A stretch of 56,783 nt of DNA, counting the filler, from a bacterium (GTDB taxonomy: Bacteria > UBA9089 > CG2-30-40-21 > SBAY01): NCBI GenBank assembly GCA_040757115.1. It is 4 parts of 4 records of this genome, joined end to end, with 100 filler letters (N's around TTAATTAATTAA, not from the genome) between each part and the next. Parts side by side here need not be neighbours in the genome. Positions count along the whole stretch, not along the records: positions 28,653 to 42,765 come from JBFLYA010000096.1; positions 42,866 to 56,783 come from JBFLYA010000097.1; 2 more parts are not named here. The stretch is one strand, 5' to 3'. Position 1 is the first letter of the stretch. Each line of letters opens with the position of its first letter. This document shows, piece after piece, positions 39,442-48,727 of this stretch. The notes below the pieces were generated by a model, which ran no database searches, was not told where the DNA came from, and worked only from the letters and a program-made list of their open reading frames with translations. The position numbers were made by a program, and so were the translations under genes.

Positions 39442-40113
39442 AAATAGCTCCCTTATTAATTTTGCACCCTTCTCCAAGATTGCTTGACCATGACCAACAC
39501 AAATAATGTCTATCTCAATATCTCTTAATTTCTTCACCGATTCAGAGAGCTCATGGTCATCAATATTATAGAACCCTTGACAAACCGCTAATTTGCCTTC
39601 ATTGATTAGACTATCCCCTGAGAATAAGACTTTTCTATCGGGTTGATATAATGCCATGCTTCCAGGAGTATGTCCAGGAGTATGAATGACTTGCAACCCA
39701 CCAAATATCTCTAATATATCACCATCGTCGACAGTTTTATCAACCCGAATGCCTTTTATCGCGAATAAAGTATTGAGTATCCCCCAGCCAACTCTTTTTC
39801 CAAAAGATGAATATTGAAGTTTTGCTGTTTGTTCAATATACGGCTTTTCGGCTTCATGAGCAATAAGGGTAGCATGTGAGATGTCTTGTATTTTTTTGAC
39901 ATTTGCTGTGTGATCACTATGACAATGGGTTAAAATGATATAGTTGATATCTTCAATTTGAAAACCTTGCTGTTTCATCTGTGAGGCAATTTTTTTATAA
40001 TCTCCCATCATTCCTGTATCAATAAGGGCAACTCCATTGTTCTCTACTATCAGATAACATTGCCCACTTTTTAATTCGTCAAATTGATAAACATCTTGTG
40101 TAATTTTATGCAT
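39436..40113 (-). CDS. MBL-fold metallo-hydrolase (cassette gene)
   Basis: IDTG, THCHSDH, HTPGHTPGS, SGD and VGHG motifs. Confidence 0.92.
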   Translation of the reverse strand: MHKITQDVYQFDELKSGQCYLIVENNGVALIDTGMMGDYKKIASQMKQQGFQIEDINYIILTHCHSDHTANVKKIQDISHATLIAHEAEKPYIEQTAKLQYSSFGKRVGWGILNTLFAIKGIRVDKTVDDGDILEIFGGLQVIHTPGHTPGSMALYQPDRKVLFSGDSLINEGKLAVCQGFYNIDDHELSESVKKLRDIEIDIICVGHGQAILEKGAKLIRELFV

Positions 40114-40152
40114 AAAGTTTTTCTCCTTTTATTCTATCATTTTGCCGTTGTT

Positions 40153-40284
40153 GTTTAACGATAAAGTTCAGGTGCGGCAGGGAGAATTACCACAAAAGTT
40201 TGATAGCAAGATAAAACTTTGAGAGAACACAAAACTCTGACCACGGCACAATCCCCCGCCCTCAACTGCAACGCAGGGTTAGAC
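40153..40284 (-). other. attC site (132 bp)
   Basis: Minus strand GTCTAAC-CCTGCGTTGCAGTTGA...CACCTGAACTTTATC-GTTAAAC. Confidence 0.8.
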
Positions 40285-40391
40285 AAAAGCTTTGATTCGC
40301 TGTCTTTTCCTTTTCCTCTGCCTCACCGAATTATTGTGCATTCCACATTCACGGTTTGACCCTCATATCTCCCCACCGACTTGACCTAAAT

Positions 40392-41222
40392 TTAAATTAT
40401 CCCTTGCACATCCATTTTTGTTATCTCATAATTTGCAACCAACAACTCTTTCCCTTTTTGTGCTGTCTGTTGTTTATAATTGTTCATCCCGTATTGCAAT
40501 TCCCACTCAACCTGATAAAAGTCTTTAAACAATGCTCGGATATATTCGTTATTATCATAGGTTATTAACCATTTATGCTTTAATTGTTTGAGATTTTCAA
40601 AAAATACTTCGTGATTAAAATCTACATGAAGATACCCATTTTTTCCATATAATCTTGACTGTGTAGTTGAATAATATGGTGGATCCAAAAAAATAAATAC
40701 ACCTTTACCTTCTTTACCTAATAGGTCAGTATAGTCTTTTGGGCTGAATTCTATGTGTTTGATAACCTCATAAGCATGTTTTAATCGTTGGATAGAAGAT
40801 ATTGTAAAGCGTTTTTGAAATGCCTGTTCTGAATATCCTCCACTATCCACAACACCGGAAAATGTAATTCTGTTTAGCACAAAAAAATCAACTGCTCGCT
40901 GAAAATCTGATAACGGCTGTTTTCGTTTGGCAACAAGTTCCTGAAATAATTCTTTTCCATTAACATATCCTTGCCTCACCCTAAGAATTTCTCTGATTAA
41001 CTCATCCTTGTTCGATTGTAATTCCTTCCAGAAACAATACAAATCATAGTTTATATCACTTGCATAATACTTGGCATACGGATTTTTCTGAACACAGTAA
41101 AACGAAAATGACCCTCCTCCAAAAAATGGTTCTCGGAATTCCTCATATTGAGGAATAAATCTGTAAAGATAGCCTACTGCCCTGGATTTTCCACCTGGAT
41201 AACGTAAAGGACTTTTAATCAT
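40392..41222 (-). CDS. DNA adenine methyltransferase (Dam/D12 class)
   Basis: PLRYPGGKS, EPFFGGGS and FLDPPY; start MIKSP at 41222. Confidence 0.92.
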   Translation of the reverse strand: MIKSPLRYPGGKSRAVGYLYRFIPQYEEFREPFFGGGSFSFYCVQKNPYAKYYASDINYDLYCFWKELQSNKDELIREILRVRQGYVNGKELFQELVAKRKQPLSDFQRAVDFFVLNRITFSGVVDSGGYSEQAFQKRFTISSIQRLKHAYEVIKHIEFSPKDYTDLLGKEGKGVFIFLDPPYYSTTQSRLYGKNGYLHVDFNHEVFFENLKQLKHKWLITYDNNEYIRALFKDFYQVEWELQYGMNNYKQQTAQKGKELLVANYEITKMDVQGII

Positions 41223-41390
41223 CTTTGTTTCCCTCACCGTATTCGATTATGACCTCAAAGTTGTTTGCTCTTGCTTCTTTGAAGAGAGCGTTAATAAATT
41301 CTTCTTTGTTTTTCCTGAAGCAATTTTGCTGGAAGAATGTTGTAATTTCATTTTCATATTTTATGGACTCTAATCTTTTCTTGTGTCCAT
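41215..41390 (-). pseudogene. Startless C-terminal gene remnant coupled to the methyltransferase (possible restriction endonuclease)
   Basis: Manual translation GHKKRLESIKYENEITTFF...EYGEGNKDD*; stop overlaps the methyltransferase start. Confidence 0.45.
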
Positions 41391-41656
41391 TTGAATCGTT
41401 TTCCTAATTCTAATGCTGAAATAATTTGTAACGCTTTCGTGGTTCCAATTCCAGGGAATTCGCTTAATTGTTCTATAGAAATTGAATTATTTAGATTTGT
41501 GCGAATATATTCAACTAGTTCTTTGCTTAAATCAAAGACATTTTTTTCCTTGGAACCATGCCCCAAAATAATAGCAATCAAATCTTCAGTAGTTATTTGA
41601 GCAGGATTTTTAATCTCAAGCAATTTTTCCCTTGGTCTTTTAGATTCATTATTCAT
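41354..41656 (-). pseudogene. radC: RadC N-terminal fragment (JAB domain missing)
   Basis: RPREKL, LIAIILGHG and GIGTTKALQIISALELGKR, then premature stop. Confidence 0.8.
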
Positions 41657-41757
41657 CCCTTAATTCCTCAATAACCTTCATTTTTATTCGGACAACGACC
41701 ATTTTTATTTTTTCCTCGGTTTTTTCCTTATCCATTTTCTTTCTGCTTGCAATTGCA

Positions 41758-42220
41758 ACTAGCGGGATGTGGATGAGCGAAGTGCCCCTTATGGTTTTTG
41801 CAAAATTAACTTCCACTTTTCTGGAATACCATAAAATAAATTAAAAATCAAACATCAAAATGTAAAATTACAAATCAAAAATCAAAATATTCTCCAGCTA
41901 CTTTGTTAATTTACAAGTATTTTTGCATTTTGCATTGTAATTTTGATATTTGCATTTTGATATTTACATTAAAGTTCTTCTTGCTATCGCTCTCCCCAAA
42001 AGAGGAACCTATTTATGAAAAAGCAATTAGGGGCATTTGGGTTTCAGCCCCGACCCGCAAGCGCGACCCACTTCGTGGGTGCCCCGCCGCCGCTGATAGC
42101 CGAAGTAACGCAGAGCCACTTCCCTTTTTCAAAAAATCCCCTTTGAGTTACATAAAGCTTCCGCCTTTCGTTCATCCGCATCCCGATAACCAAAATGGAG
42201 CGAAGCGACATTTTGGTTAT
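41758..42220. repeat. GC-rich multi-hairpin repeat 'E', copy 2, interrupted by the TTA-MITE
   Basis: Aligns with 31647-31930; ends in hairpin CGATAACCAAAATG...CATTTTGGTTATCG. Confidence 0.8.
41792..42026. mobile_element. 235-bp MITE with TTA target duplication (reverse copy)
   Basis: GTGCCCC-TTA-[element]-TTA-GGGGCAT. Confidence 0.85.
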
Positions 42221-42295
42221 CGTTCTGATGAAAAAGAAGTTTTGCGAAGCAAAATTTGGACGAAGTGAAACGAAGTCTTTTACATCGTGTTATAC
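42219..42295 (-). other. attC site (R' end fused to repeat E)
   Basis: Minus strand GTATAAC-ACGATGTAAAAGA...TCTTTTTCATCAGAAC-GATAACC; same family as 35734-35819. Confidence 0.72.
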
Positions 42296-42312
42296 GCTGT
42301 GCCGTGCCTATT

Positions 42313-42690
42313 TTACCATATAATCTTTACCCCAATCTCATTTAGAGATTTATCCCGACTTATTAGAGGAAGATCTAAATGCATCGAGGTAGCAACTATT
42401 AATCTATCCCAAGGATCTGCAACTATCTCTCTTGGGATCATTCTACTTTTCCTAATTATTGGTAAACATATTGGTTCTATCTGATAATTTCTTGAAGAAG
42501 ATATCATCATAAGAAGGTCGTCAAATTTAACGGTAATCTTTTTCTTTTCAATAAGATAAAGCAACTCAAAGAAGAAAATACATGGAATGACAATATTTTC
42601 TTCACTCAAAATTCTTCTTGCCTCTTGAGAAAGTTTAGGATTATCCGTCATATGCCATATTAAAGTGTGGGTATCAGTAACATATTTCAT
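42313..42690 (-). CDS. PIN-domain (VapC) toxin
   Basis: MKYVTDTHTLIW, DPWDRLIVAT and LISRD; a probable antitoxin C-terminus overlaps its start at 42674-42765. Confidence 0.9.
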   Translation of the reverse strand: MKYVTDTHTLIWHMTDNPKLSQEARRILSEENIVIPCIFFFELLYLIEKKKITVKFDDLLMMISSSRNYQIEPICLPIIRKSRMIPREIVADPWDRLIVATSMHLDLPLISRDKSLNEIGVKIIW

Positions 42691-42765
42691 TACCATTCTC
42701 CCCATTTCTCTTCAAGTTTTTTTAGTAATTCATGACGTGTTTCTTTAATATCTTTCTCTGTAATA

Positions 42766-42865
42766 NNNNNNNNNNNNNNNNNNNNNNNNNNNNNNNNNNN
42801 NNNNNNNNNTTAATTAATTAANNNNNNNNNNNNNNNNNNNNNNNNNNNNNNNNNNNNNNNNNNNN
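42766..42865. other. Artificial contig linker
   Basis: 44 N + TTAATTAATTAA + 44 N. Confidence 0.97.
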
Positions 42866-43127
42866 GTAACACGTTCTCCTTTAGAGAGTAACAATATGAT
42901 CTTATATCGTAGAGAGATACGAAGTTCTGTTTTCCTTTTAGACAGAACAGCTTGTATAGTTTTGAGAACTTCTTCTGATAAATCAAATGAATTTGGTTTT
43001 GGACCACGTGGATATCTTTTTTGCATAATTCTTTCCTCCTTAAAATTTCTATGCCCACGTGGAATTATCGTCATTTTATCAGCAAAACTTTAGAAAAAAC
43101 TGTGAAAAAATTTACTTAACACAGTAC
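42866..43127 (-). mobile_element. IS630-family insertion sequence end with transposase N-terminus (ATG 43026)
   Basis: MQKRYPRGPKP...LRYKIILLLSKG HTH pattern, AGGAGG RBS; boundary at the TA of a CTAG inside a MITE. Confidence 0.65.
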
Positions 43128-43466
43128 TAGCATAAAGGTTAAAATAGTGTATAGGGTTCTGCAAAATAGGATTTGGGGGAGACAACAAATAAATATCAAA
43201 TATAAATATCAAAATGCAAAATTACAAATCAAATTTCAAAAAGGACTTCAAGTATTTTAACGCTGAAAGGAAAGAGATAATTTTACTGAACTTTGGCAAA
43301 GATAGTTTATAGTTGATAGTAGATAGTTGAAGAACTATAGACTATAAACTATAAACCATAAACTATAAACTATAAACGAGTTTTGCATTTTGCTCTTTGG
43401 AGGAAATCCCTTTTGGACACCAAATCTGCATAGATTTCACTATTAGAGTTATTTTGAGACACCACC
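43128..43466. mobile_element. GGTGGTGTCT-type MITE, left end displaced by the IS630-like element
   Basis: Homologous to 47919-48259; right end AGACACCACC. Confidence 0.8.
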
Positions 43467-43558
43467 TCATTCTTCTGCAATTTCTGCCCGTTTTAGTCTG
43501 AAGTCTGATGTCTATAGTCTATTGTCTGAATCACAGTTGGAAATTGGCAAGGTTCAAA

Positions 43559-45811
43559 TCAGTTCTTTATTCCATAATCCATTTTTCCGGTTACAACTCC
43601 AATAACCATAAGGATTAAAGTTAATAAACTCCCAAATAATCCTGTTTTAAAACTTAGCGGAAAATACACAAATTCAACCTGATGATTACCTTTTGGGAAT
43701 TTGATAGCCCGAAAGATGTAATTCGCCCGATAAATTTCAGTTTTTTGCCCATCTACATACGCCTTCCAACCAGGATAATATGTCTCACTCATGAATAAAA
43801 AGCAATCAACAGACGATGAGGCGTTAAGAATAATTTTATTCGGTTGATAATTTATTATCTCAACTCGGGATTGGAGATTGGAGATTGGAGATTGAGGATT
43901 GGAGATTGGGGATTCTAAAATTACTTCTTTTGTCGGGTCGAACGACGCTGAAATCACCGCCTTAAAAGCCTCCTTCCGATTCTTCACTACTCTAACTTTA
44001 GCCACTAAATATGCCCGCGGTAAAACCCCTTTATTTTCATATATTCTGACTATTCTATCTTTATCTTTAATCACACAAACCAGATTTAGTCCTTTAATAA
44101 TATCTTCTGAAATAATATATTTAACATTTATCATTGAAATGAGTTTCCAGGTATTTGGTAATGGCACATTTTTAAGGAAATATATAAACCTGTCATAATC
44201 AACAATCGGGATTGCCTCATAACCGTATGCATCAAAAAGGAAATAATACATACCCATATTAGGTGCTAAAACAGATTGCATCTTTTCGGATGCCTCAAGA
44301 AAAGATTTAGCCGTAACTTCCCGATACCTTTTCTCGGTCTTCGGTTCTAATAAAAATCTATAAAATCCATCTTTACTTTTGATAACCTTAACTGTCTCAG
44401 GAACATAGTTATAAATATTCTGGTTAATAACCGGGTTAAGCGGCCATCCAAAAATCATTAATTCAAAACTCACCAGACTAATGACCACCGCAGAAAATAG
44501 CCATAATTTCATTCTGTTACCAACATAAATTAAAAAACAAAAGATACACAGAAGAAAAATACCCAGGCACGGGCTGTGGAAATAACCGAATAGTTCATTG
44601 ACTTCTTTAAATAAGAAAAAGCCTCCCTTAATCCAGCAAAGGATACAAACAACCATCAGGCTAATGGCAGGTAAAACCAAAAGAGAGCGTTTTTTTTGTT
44701 CTAAATTTCCTAATAGATATTGAAATCCAAATCCAGCTAAAATACTGATTGAGAAATTTATGATACAGAAAGATTTTATGGGGTAACGCATCATATTAAA
44801 AAGTGGTATGTGCTTATAGAAAAACTTATATAAGTTTCCACCATAAGATACCGTGATAAAACTTATGAGTATTATTATCCAGAAGATAACGAGTTTCCTT
44901 TGTTGTCTAAAAAATATGGCAATTAATGAGAACAAAAGGGGTAAAATCCCCAAATGTAGGCTTTTAAAGAATTGTTGGTGCAAAAGAGTATTTGCCTCGT
45001 TAAAAAAAGGGACGATTAGATTTAAAAATTCATATTGAGAAAAAGCCCATTTAGTTGCTTCATTAAGACCAACTCCTTTTCCCCGCGTAGATAAAAGAGT
45101 TAACTCAAAAAAGGGTAAGGTTTGAAACAGGGTTAAGCCAAGAGCAATGAGCACCACAAGAAAATATCTCCGCATTGCCTTAAATGAAAAATACCAGAGT
45201 GTCCAAAGAAATAAGGTAATTAAGCTCAGATAAAAGACCACCGGGTCTCCACCAAGGAGTTGAATCCCGAGTGCAGTTCCACTCAACAGGGTGAAAATAA
45301 GCCCATTTGATTTTATAGCGATTGAATAAAGAAAAAAGATTATTGGAATCCAGGTCACAGAGGTTAAGGTATTAGTCAGGTCAATGCAAGATAGCATATA
45401 CCCACTAAAGATATAGGTGAGACTGCTGATTAATGCAGAGGATATGCACAAATTCCAGTGTCGCATCAGGAAATAAACAAATACACCAGCTAAAAAGTAA
45501 TGGATAACAATAAATAATTTAAGCGAAAGCATAAAAGGGAAGAGATAAAAAATAATTGAGATGGGATAAAAGATAGCCAGTTGAATTAAGGCAAAAAAAG
45601 GCATTCCACAATAAACATAAGGATTCCAGAATGGGAGGATGCCTTGTTTAAGACATAAAACGCCGTAGTGATAAAGTGGATAAAAATATCGGCTAAAATC
45701 ACGATAAACAAAGGTTAAGTCCGTGAATAGAACATAGCCAAAGAAAAAAATGATTAATAATCCGATAATTAATATTGCTAAAATATCCTTTTTATTCAAT
45801 TTTAGTTCCAT
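43559..45811 (-). CDS. YfhO-family membrane protein (GT-C glycosyltransferase-like)
   Basis: PFWNPYVYCGMP, many TM helices, LPRAYL and YYPGWKAYVDG...RANYIFRA motifs. Confidence 0.88.
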   Translation of the reverse strand: MELKLNKKDILAILIIGLLIIFFFGYVLFTDLTFVYRDFSRYFYPLYHYGVLCLKQGILPFWNPYVYCGMPFFALIQLAIFYPISIIFYLFPFMLSLKLFIVIHYFLAGVFVYFLMRHWNLCISSALISSLTYIFSGYMLSCIDLTNTLTSVTWIPIIFFLYSIAIKSNGLIFTLLSGTALGIQLLGGDPVVFYLSLITLFLWTLWYFSFKAMRRYFLVVLIALGLTLFQTLPFFELTLLSTRGKGVGLNEATKWAFSQYEFLNLIVPFFNEANTLLHQQFFKSLHLGILPLLFSLIAIFFRQQRKLVIFWIIILISFITVSYGGNLYKFFYKHIPLFNMMRYPIKSFCIINFSISILAGFGFQYLLGNLEQKKRSLLVLPAISLMVVCILCWIKGGFFLFKEVNELFGYFHSPCLGIFLLCIFCFLIYVGNRMKLWLFSAVVISLVSFELMIFGWPLNPVINQNIYNYVPETVKVIKSKDGFYRFLLEPKTEKRYREVTAKSFLEASEKMQSVLAPNMGMYYFLFDAYGYEAIPIVDYDRFIYFLKNVPLPNTWKLISMINVKYIISEDIIKGLNLVCVIKDKDRIVRIYENKGVLPRAYLVAKVRVVKNRKEAFKAVISASFDPTKEVILESPISNPQSPISNLQSRVEIINYQPNKIILNASSSVDCFLFMSETYYPGWKAYVDGQKTEIYRANYIFRAIKFPKGNHQVEFVYFPLSFKTGLFGSLLTLILMVIGVVTGKMDYGIKN

Positions 45812-45860
45812 TTGTTTAGAGTAGAGGTCAGAAGACAGAGGACGGATGTTAAGGTAATAT

Positions 45861-46057
45861 ATAACTATTCAGCCACAGATGAATACGGATGAAACACTGA
45901 AAATTCGTGAATCGTGTCCGGTATCCGTGTCCGTAATTAGGCTCAAGGGTTTTTCTCCTGTTGTCCTCTGCCCTCTGCCTTCTGCCCTCTGCCTTCTGCC
46001 CTCTGCCCTCTGTATTTATCCGTGCTAATCCGTATCAATCAGTGGCTGAATAGTTAC
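45861..46057. mobile_element. TAACTATTCAGCCAC-ended inverted-repeat element with heptamer array
   Basis: ATAACTATTCAGCCAC...GTGGCTGAATAGTTAC; (GCCCTCT/GCCTTCT)n at ~45963-46012; overlaps the 3' end of the DegT gene. Confidence 0.78.
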
Positions 46058-47227
46058 CTGATTTAATTCATCCCGATGTTGGTAAATCTGGCAAATAACC
46101 TCACAAATCTTATTTAACTCCTCTGGTTGCAATTCGTCATAAATAGGCAGACAGAGAATATTATTTGATATTTTCAGGGTATTGTCAAGGTCTTCTTTAT
46201 ATTTAGGGTAGAAATGGCGATATGCCTTCTGGATGTGGACAGGTGGATAAAAGTATTTTCGGGTCTGGATATTTTCCATTTCTAATGCTCTGGCTAATTG
46301 GTCACGATTTAAACCAAATAATTCCTCATTGATTAAAATAGCAAAATCTTTAAATGTGCACAGACAATCTTTATTTATTTCCTGAAATTCAATTCCTGGA
46401 ATTTCGGATAACTTTGTTTTATAATCCTGGGCTAATTTATTTCTAATATTTATTAAATCTTCTATCCTAACTAAGTTTTTTAACCCTAATATGGCAGAAA
46501 ATTCAAGCATTCTGGCATTTAGGCCAATTAATTCACAATCATAATCCGAGTCAATGCCGTAATTCCTCATTAATCGTAATTTTTGTGCCAGGTCTTTATT
46601 ATTTGTCGTGATTAACCCTCCTTCGCCAGTAGTCAATGTTTTAGTTGGGGTTAAACTAAATATCTCTGCATCTCCAAAACCACCAATTAATTTAGATTTA
46701 TATTTAGCTCCAAATCCGTGAGCAGAATCAAATATTAGACTTAATCTATAATCTTTGGCTAAATTATCCAATTCATCTATCTGAGGGGGATTGCCAAATA
46801 TGGATACGGCTAATATTGCACAGGTATTTCCAGTGATTGCTTCCTCTACCTTAACCGGGTCAAGCGTAAATGATCTGGGGTCGCAATCAACATATCGCGG
46901 TTCAAGATTATTCCATTTTAATGAAAGGCAGGTGGCAGTAAAGGTAAAACTGGGGACAAGCACTTCACCGATTAATCCTAATGCCTTTTCAACTAAGATT
47001 AATCCAGAGGTCGCATTTGATACAGCAATGACATTTTCTACACCTAAATATTGAGCACATCGTTGTTCAAATTCGGCAACATATCTGCCATTAGTGATAA
47101 TTCCTGAATCAAATGTTTCTTGTAATTCAGATTTTATCTCCTCTAATTTTGGCAGACCTGGTCGAGTAATTGGGAATAGTTTCTGAAATGCTGGGTTACC
47201 ACCTAAAATAGCGGGTTTATAATTCAT
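46025..47227 (-). CDS. DegT/DnrJ/EryC1/StrS family sugar aminotransferase
   Basis: VPSFTFTAT, DSAH, FSLTPTKTLTTGEGG and GLNARM motifs. Confidence 0.93.
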   Translation of the reverse strand: MNYKPAILGGNPAFQKLFPITRPGLPKLEEIKSELQETFDSGIITNGRYVAEFEQRCAQYLGVENVIAVSNATSGLILVEKALGLIGEVLVPSFTFTATCLSLKWNNLEPRYVDCDPRSFTLDPVKVEEAITGNTCAILAVSIFGNPPQIDELDNLAKDYRLSLIFDSAHGFGAKYKSKLIGGFGDAEIFSLTPTKTLTTGEGGLITTNNKDLAQKLRLMRNYGIDSDYDCELIGLNARMLEFSAILGLKNLVRIEDLINIRNKLAQDYKTKLSEIPGIEFQEINKDCLCTFKDFAILINEELFGLNRDQLARALEMENIQTRKYFYPPVHIQKAYRHFYPKYKEDLDNTLKISNNILCLPIYDELQPEELNKICEVICQIYQHRDELNQVTIQPLIDTD

Positions 47228-47864
47228 TACTCCTCCTTATTATTCTGCCCGGGATACCTACAACCGTCACATTATCAGGCACATCTCTAATTATGACTGC
47301 GCCCGCACCAATGATGGAATTCTCACCAATAGTCAAGTCATCAATCACTGTTGCTCCAATGCCAACGAAGGCATTTTTTTTAACCTTTACGCCACCAGCT
47401 AAATGCACCCCTGGGGCAATATGAACACCATCTTCGATAATACAATCATGCTCAACAATTGCCCCGGTATTGATAATAGCATTATTGCCAATTTTTACAT
47501 CAGGATTGATGGAGACATTAGGCGAGATGACGATGCCTTCACCTAAAATAGCACATCTTGAGATAACTGCGGAGGGATGAATCGCATTGATAAGTAAATA
47601 ACCTATTTTTTTTGCCGCATCAGATAGTTCTACCCTTCTTTTATTATCTCCAAAGGCAACAATACAACCATCTGCCTTATTTTTATACAATTCTGGTAAA
47701 AGAGATAATCCTCCTAAAATCTTAATTCCTTTAACTTCTGTTTCCCAGATTTGAGGATTATTACAAACATCAATAAAACCTATGATTTGAATATCTTTAT
47801 TATACTGGAGAATATTTAATACCACCCGTCCTTGTTCCCCAGCACCTAAAATTATAGCACGCAT
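47217..47864 (-). CDS. NeuD/PglD-type sugar acetyltransferase
   Basis: LGAGEQG, IHPSA, VEHDC and hexapeptide repeats. Confidence 0.92.
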   Translation of the reverse strand: MRAIILGAGEQGRVVLNILQYNKDIQIIGFIDVCNNPQIWETEVKGIKILGGLSLLPELYKNKADGCIVAFGDNKRRVELSDAAKKIGYLLINAIHPSAVISRCAILGEGIVISPNVSINPDVKIGNNAIINTGAIVEHDCIIEDGVHIAPGVHLAGGVKVKKNAFVGIGATVIDDLTIGENSIIGAGAVIIRDVPDNVTVVGIPGRIIRRSNEL

Positions 47865-47903
47865 AAATCACCCATTTATGAAAGCTTTTTTATCCCGAAT
47901 TCC

Positions 47904-48259
47904 GGTGGTGTCTTAATCTAGCATAAAGGTTAAAATAGTGTATAGGATCCTGCAAAATAGGATTTGAGAGAGACAATAAATAAATATCAAATATCAAATA
48001 TTAAATATCAAACATAAATATCAAAATGCAAAATTACAAATCAAATTTCAAAGAGGAAGTAGCAGGGTTTCTCAAAGAGTTGGAGGAATTTGGTAATATC
48101 TTTGCTTCAAGTATTTTAACGCTGAAAGGAAAGAGATAATTTTACATTTTGATATGTAATTTTTATATTTGCTTTTTGCATTTTGCTCTTTGGAGGAAAT
48201 CCCTTTTGGACACCAAATCTGCATAGATTTCACTATTAGAGTTATTTTCAGACACCACC
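47904..48259. mobile_element. 356-bp MITE with IS1/IS1595-like ends and an 8-bp target duplication
   Basis: TIR GGTGGTGTCT/AGACACCACC; CGAATTCC at 47896-47903 and 48260-48267. Confidence 0.88.
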
Positions 48260-48341
48260 CGAATTCCGACCCCCAAATACTTCTATATCCACTATAATTT
48301 TCTTGTCTTTCTAATCTGCGAAATCTGCGGATATTATTTAT

Positions 48342-48390
48342 AAAACAAGACCCCACTATTTATATTTTTATAGCAGGGTCTTATTTTTTT
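48342..48390. terminator. Probable intrinsic terminator downstream of the Flp pilin gene
   Basis: AAGACCC...GGGTCTT stem flanked by A/T tracts. Confidence 0.5.
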
Positions 48391-48434
48391 CATATTTTAA
48401 GTTTTTTTCTTCTTATCAACGATAATTTTCATTG

Positions 48435-48641
48435 TTATTTCATTGCACTTTCCATCTTTTCGATATGTCCACTTGAGACTGCACCTTCAAATAACTTTTT
48501 AATTTGAGGTCCTAAGGCGATAAAAATAGCCACCACAATCACCGCAATCAAACCTATAATTAACCCATATTCCACCATTCCCTGACCTCTTTCTTTTCCT
48601 CCAAACCATTTTTTCAACAGGCTTTTCATCTCTTTCCCCAC
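48435..48641 (-). CDS. flp: Flp/Fap family type IVc pilin
   Basis: RG|QGMVEYGLII motif; promoter TTGACA-17-TATAGT at 48726-48698. Confidence 0.9.
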   Translation of the reverse strand: MGKEMKSLLKKWFGGKERGQGMVEYGLIIGLIAVIVVAIFIALGPQIKKLFEGAVSSGHIEKMESAMK

Positions 48642-48727
48642 CTCCTTTAGATTTGGTAATTGGTTAAATAGATACTACTTACCAATTCCTTGAATTTACT
48701 ATATCATACTTTTAATTAATTGTCAAG

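Noticed and set aside
39436-40113. Metallo-beta-lactamase resistance gene
   Set aside because: Generic MBL-fold motifs and no signal peptide; antibiotic activity cannot be inferred
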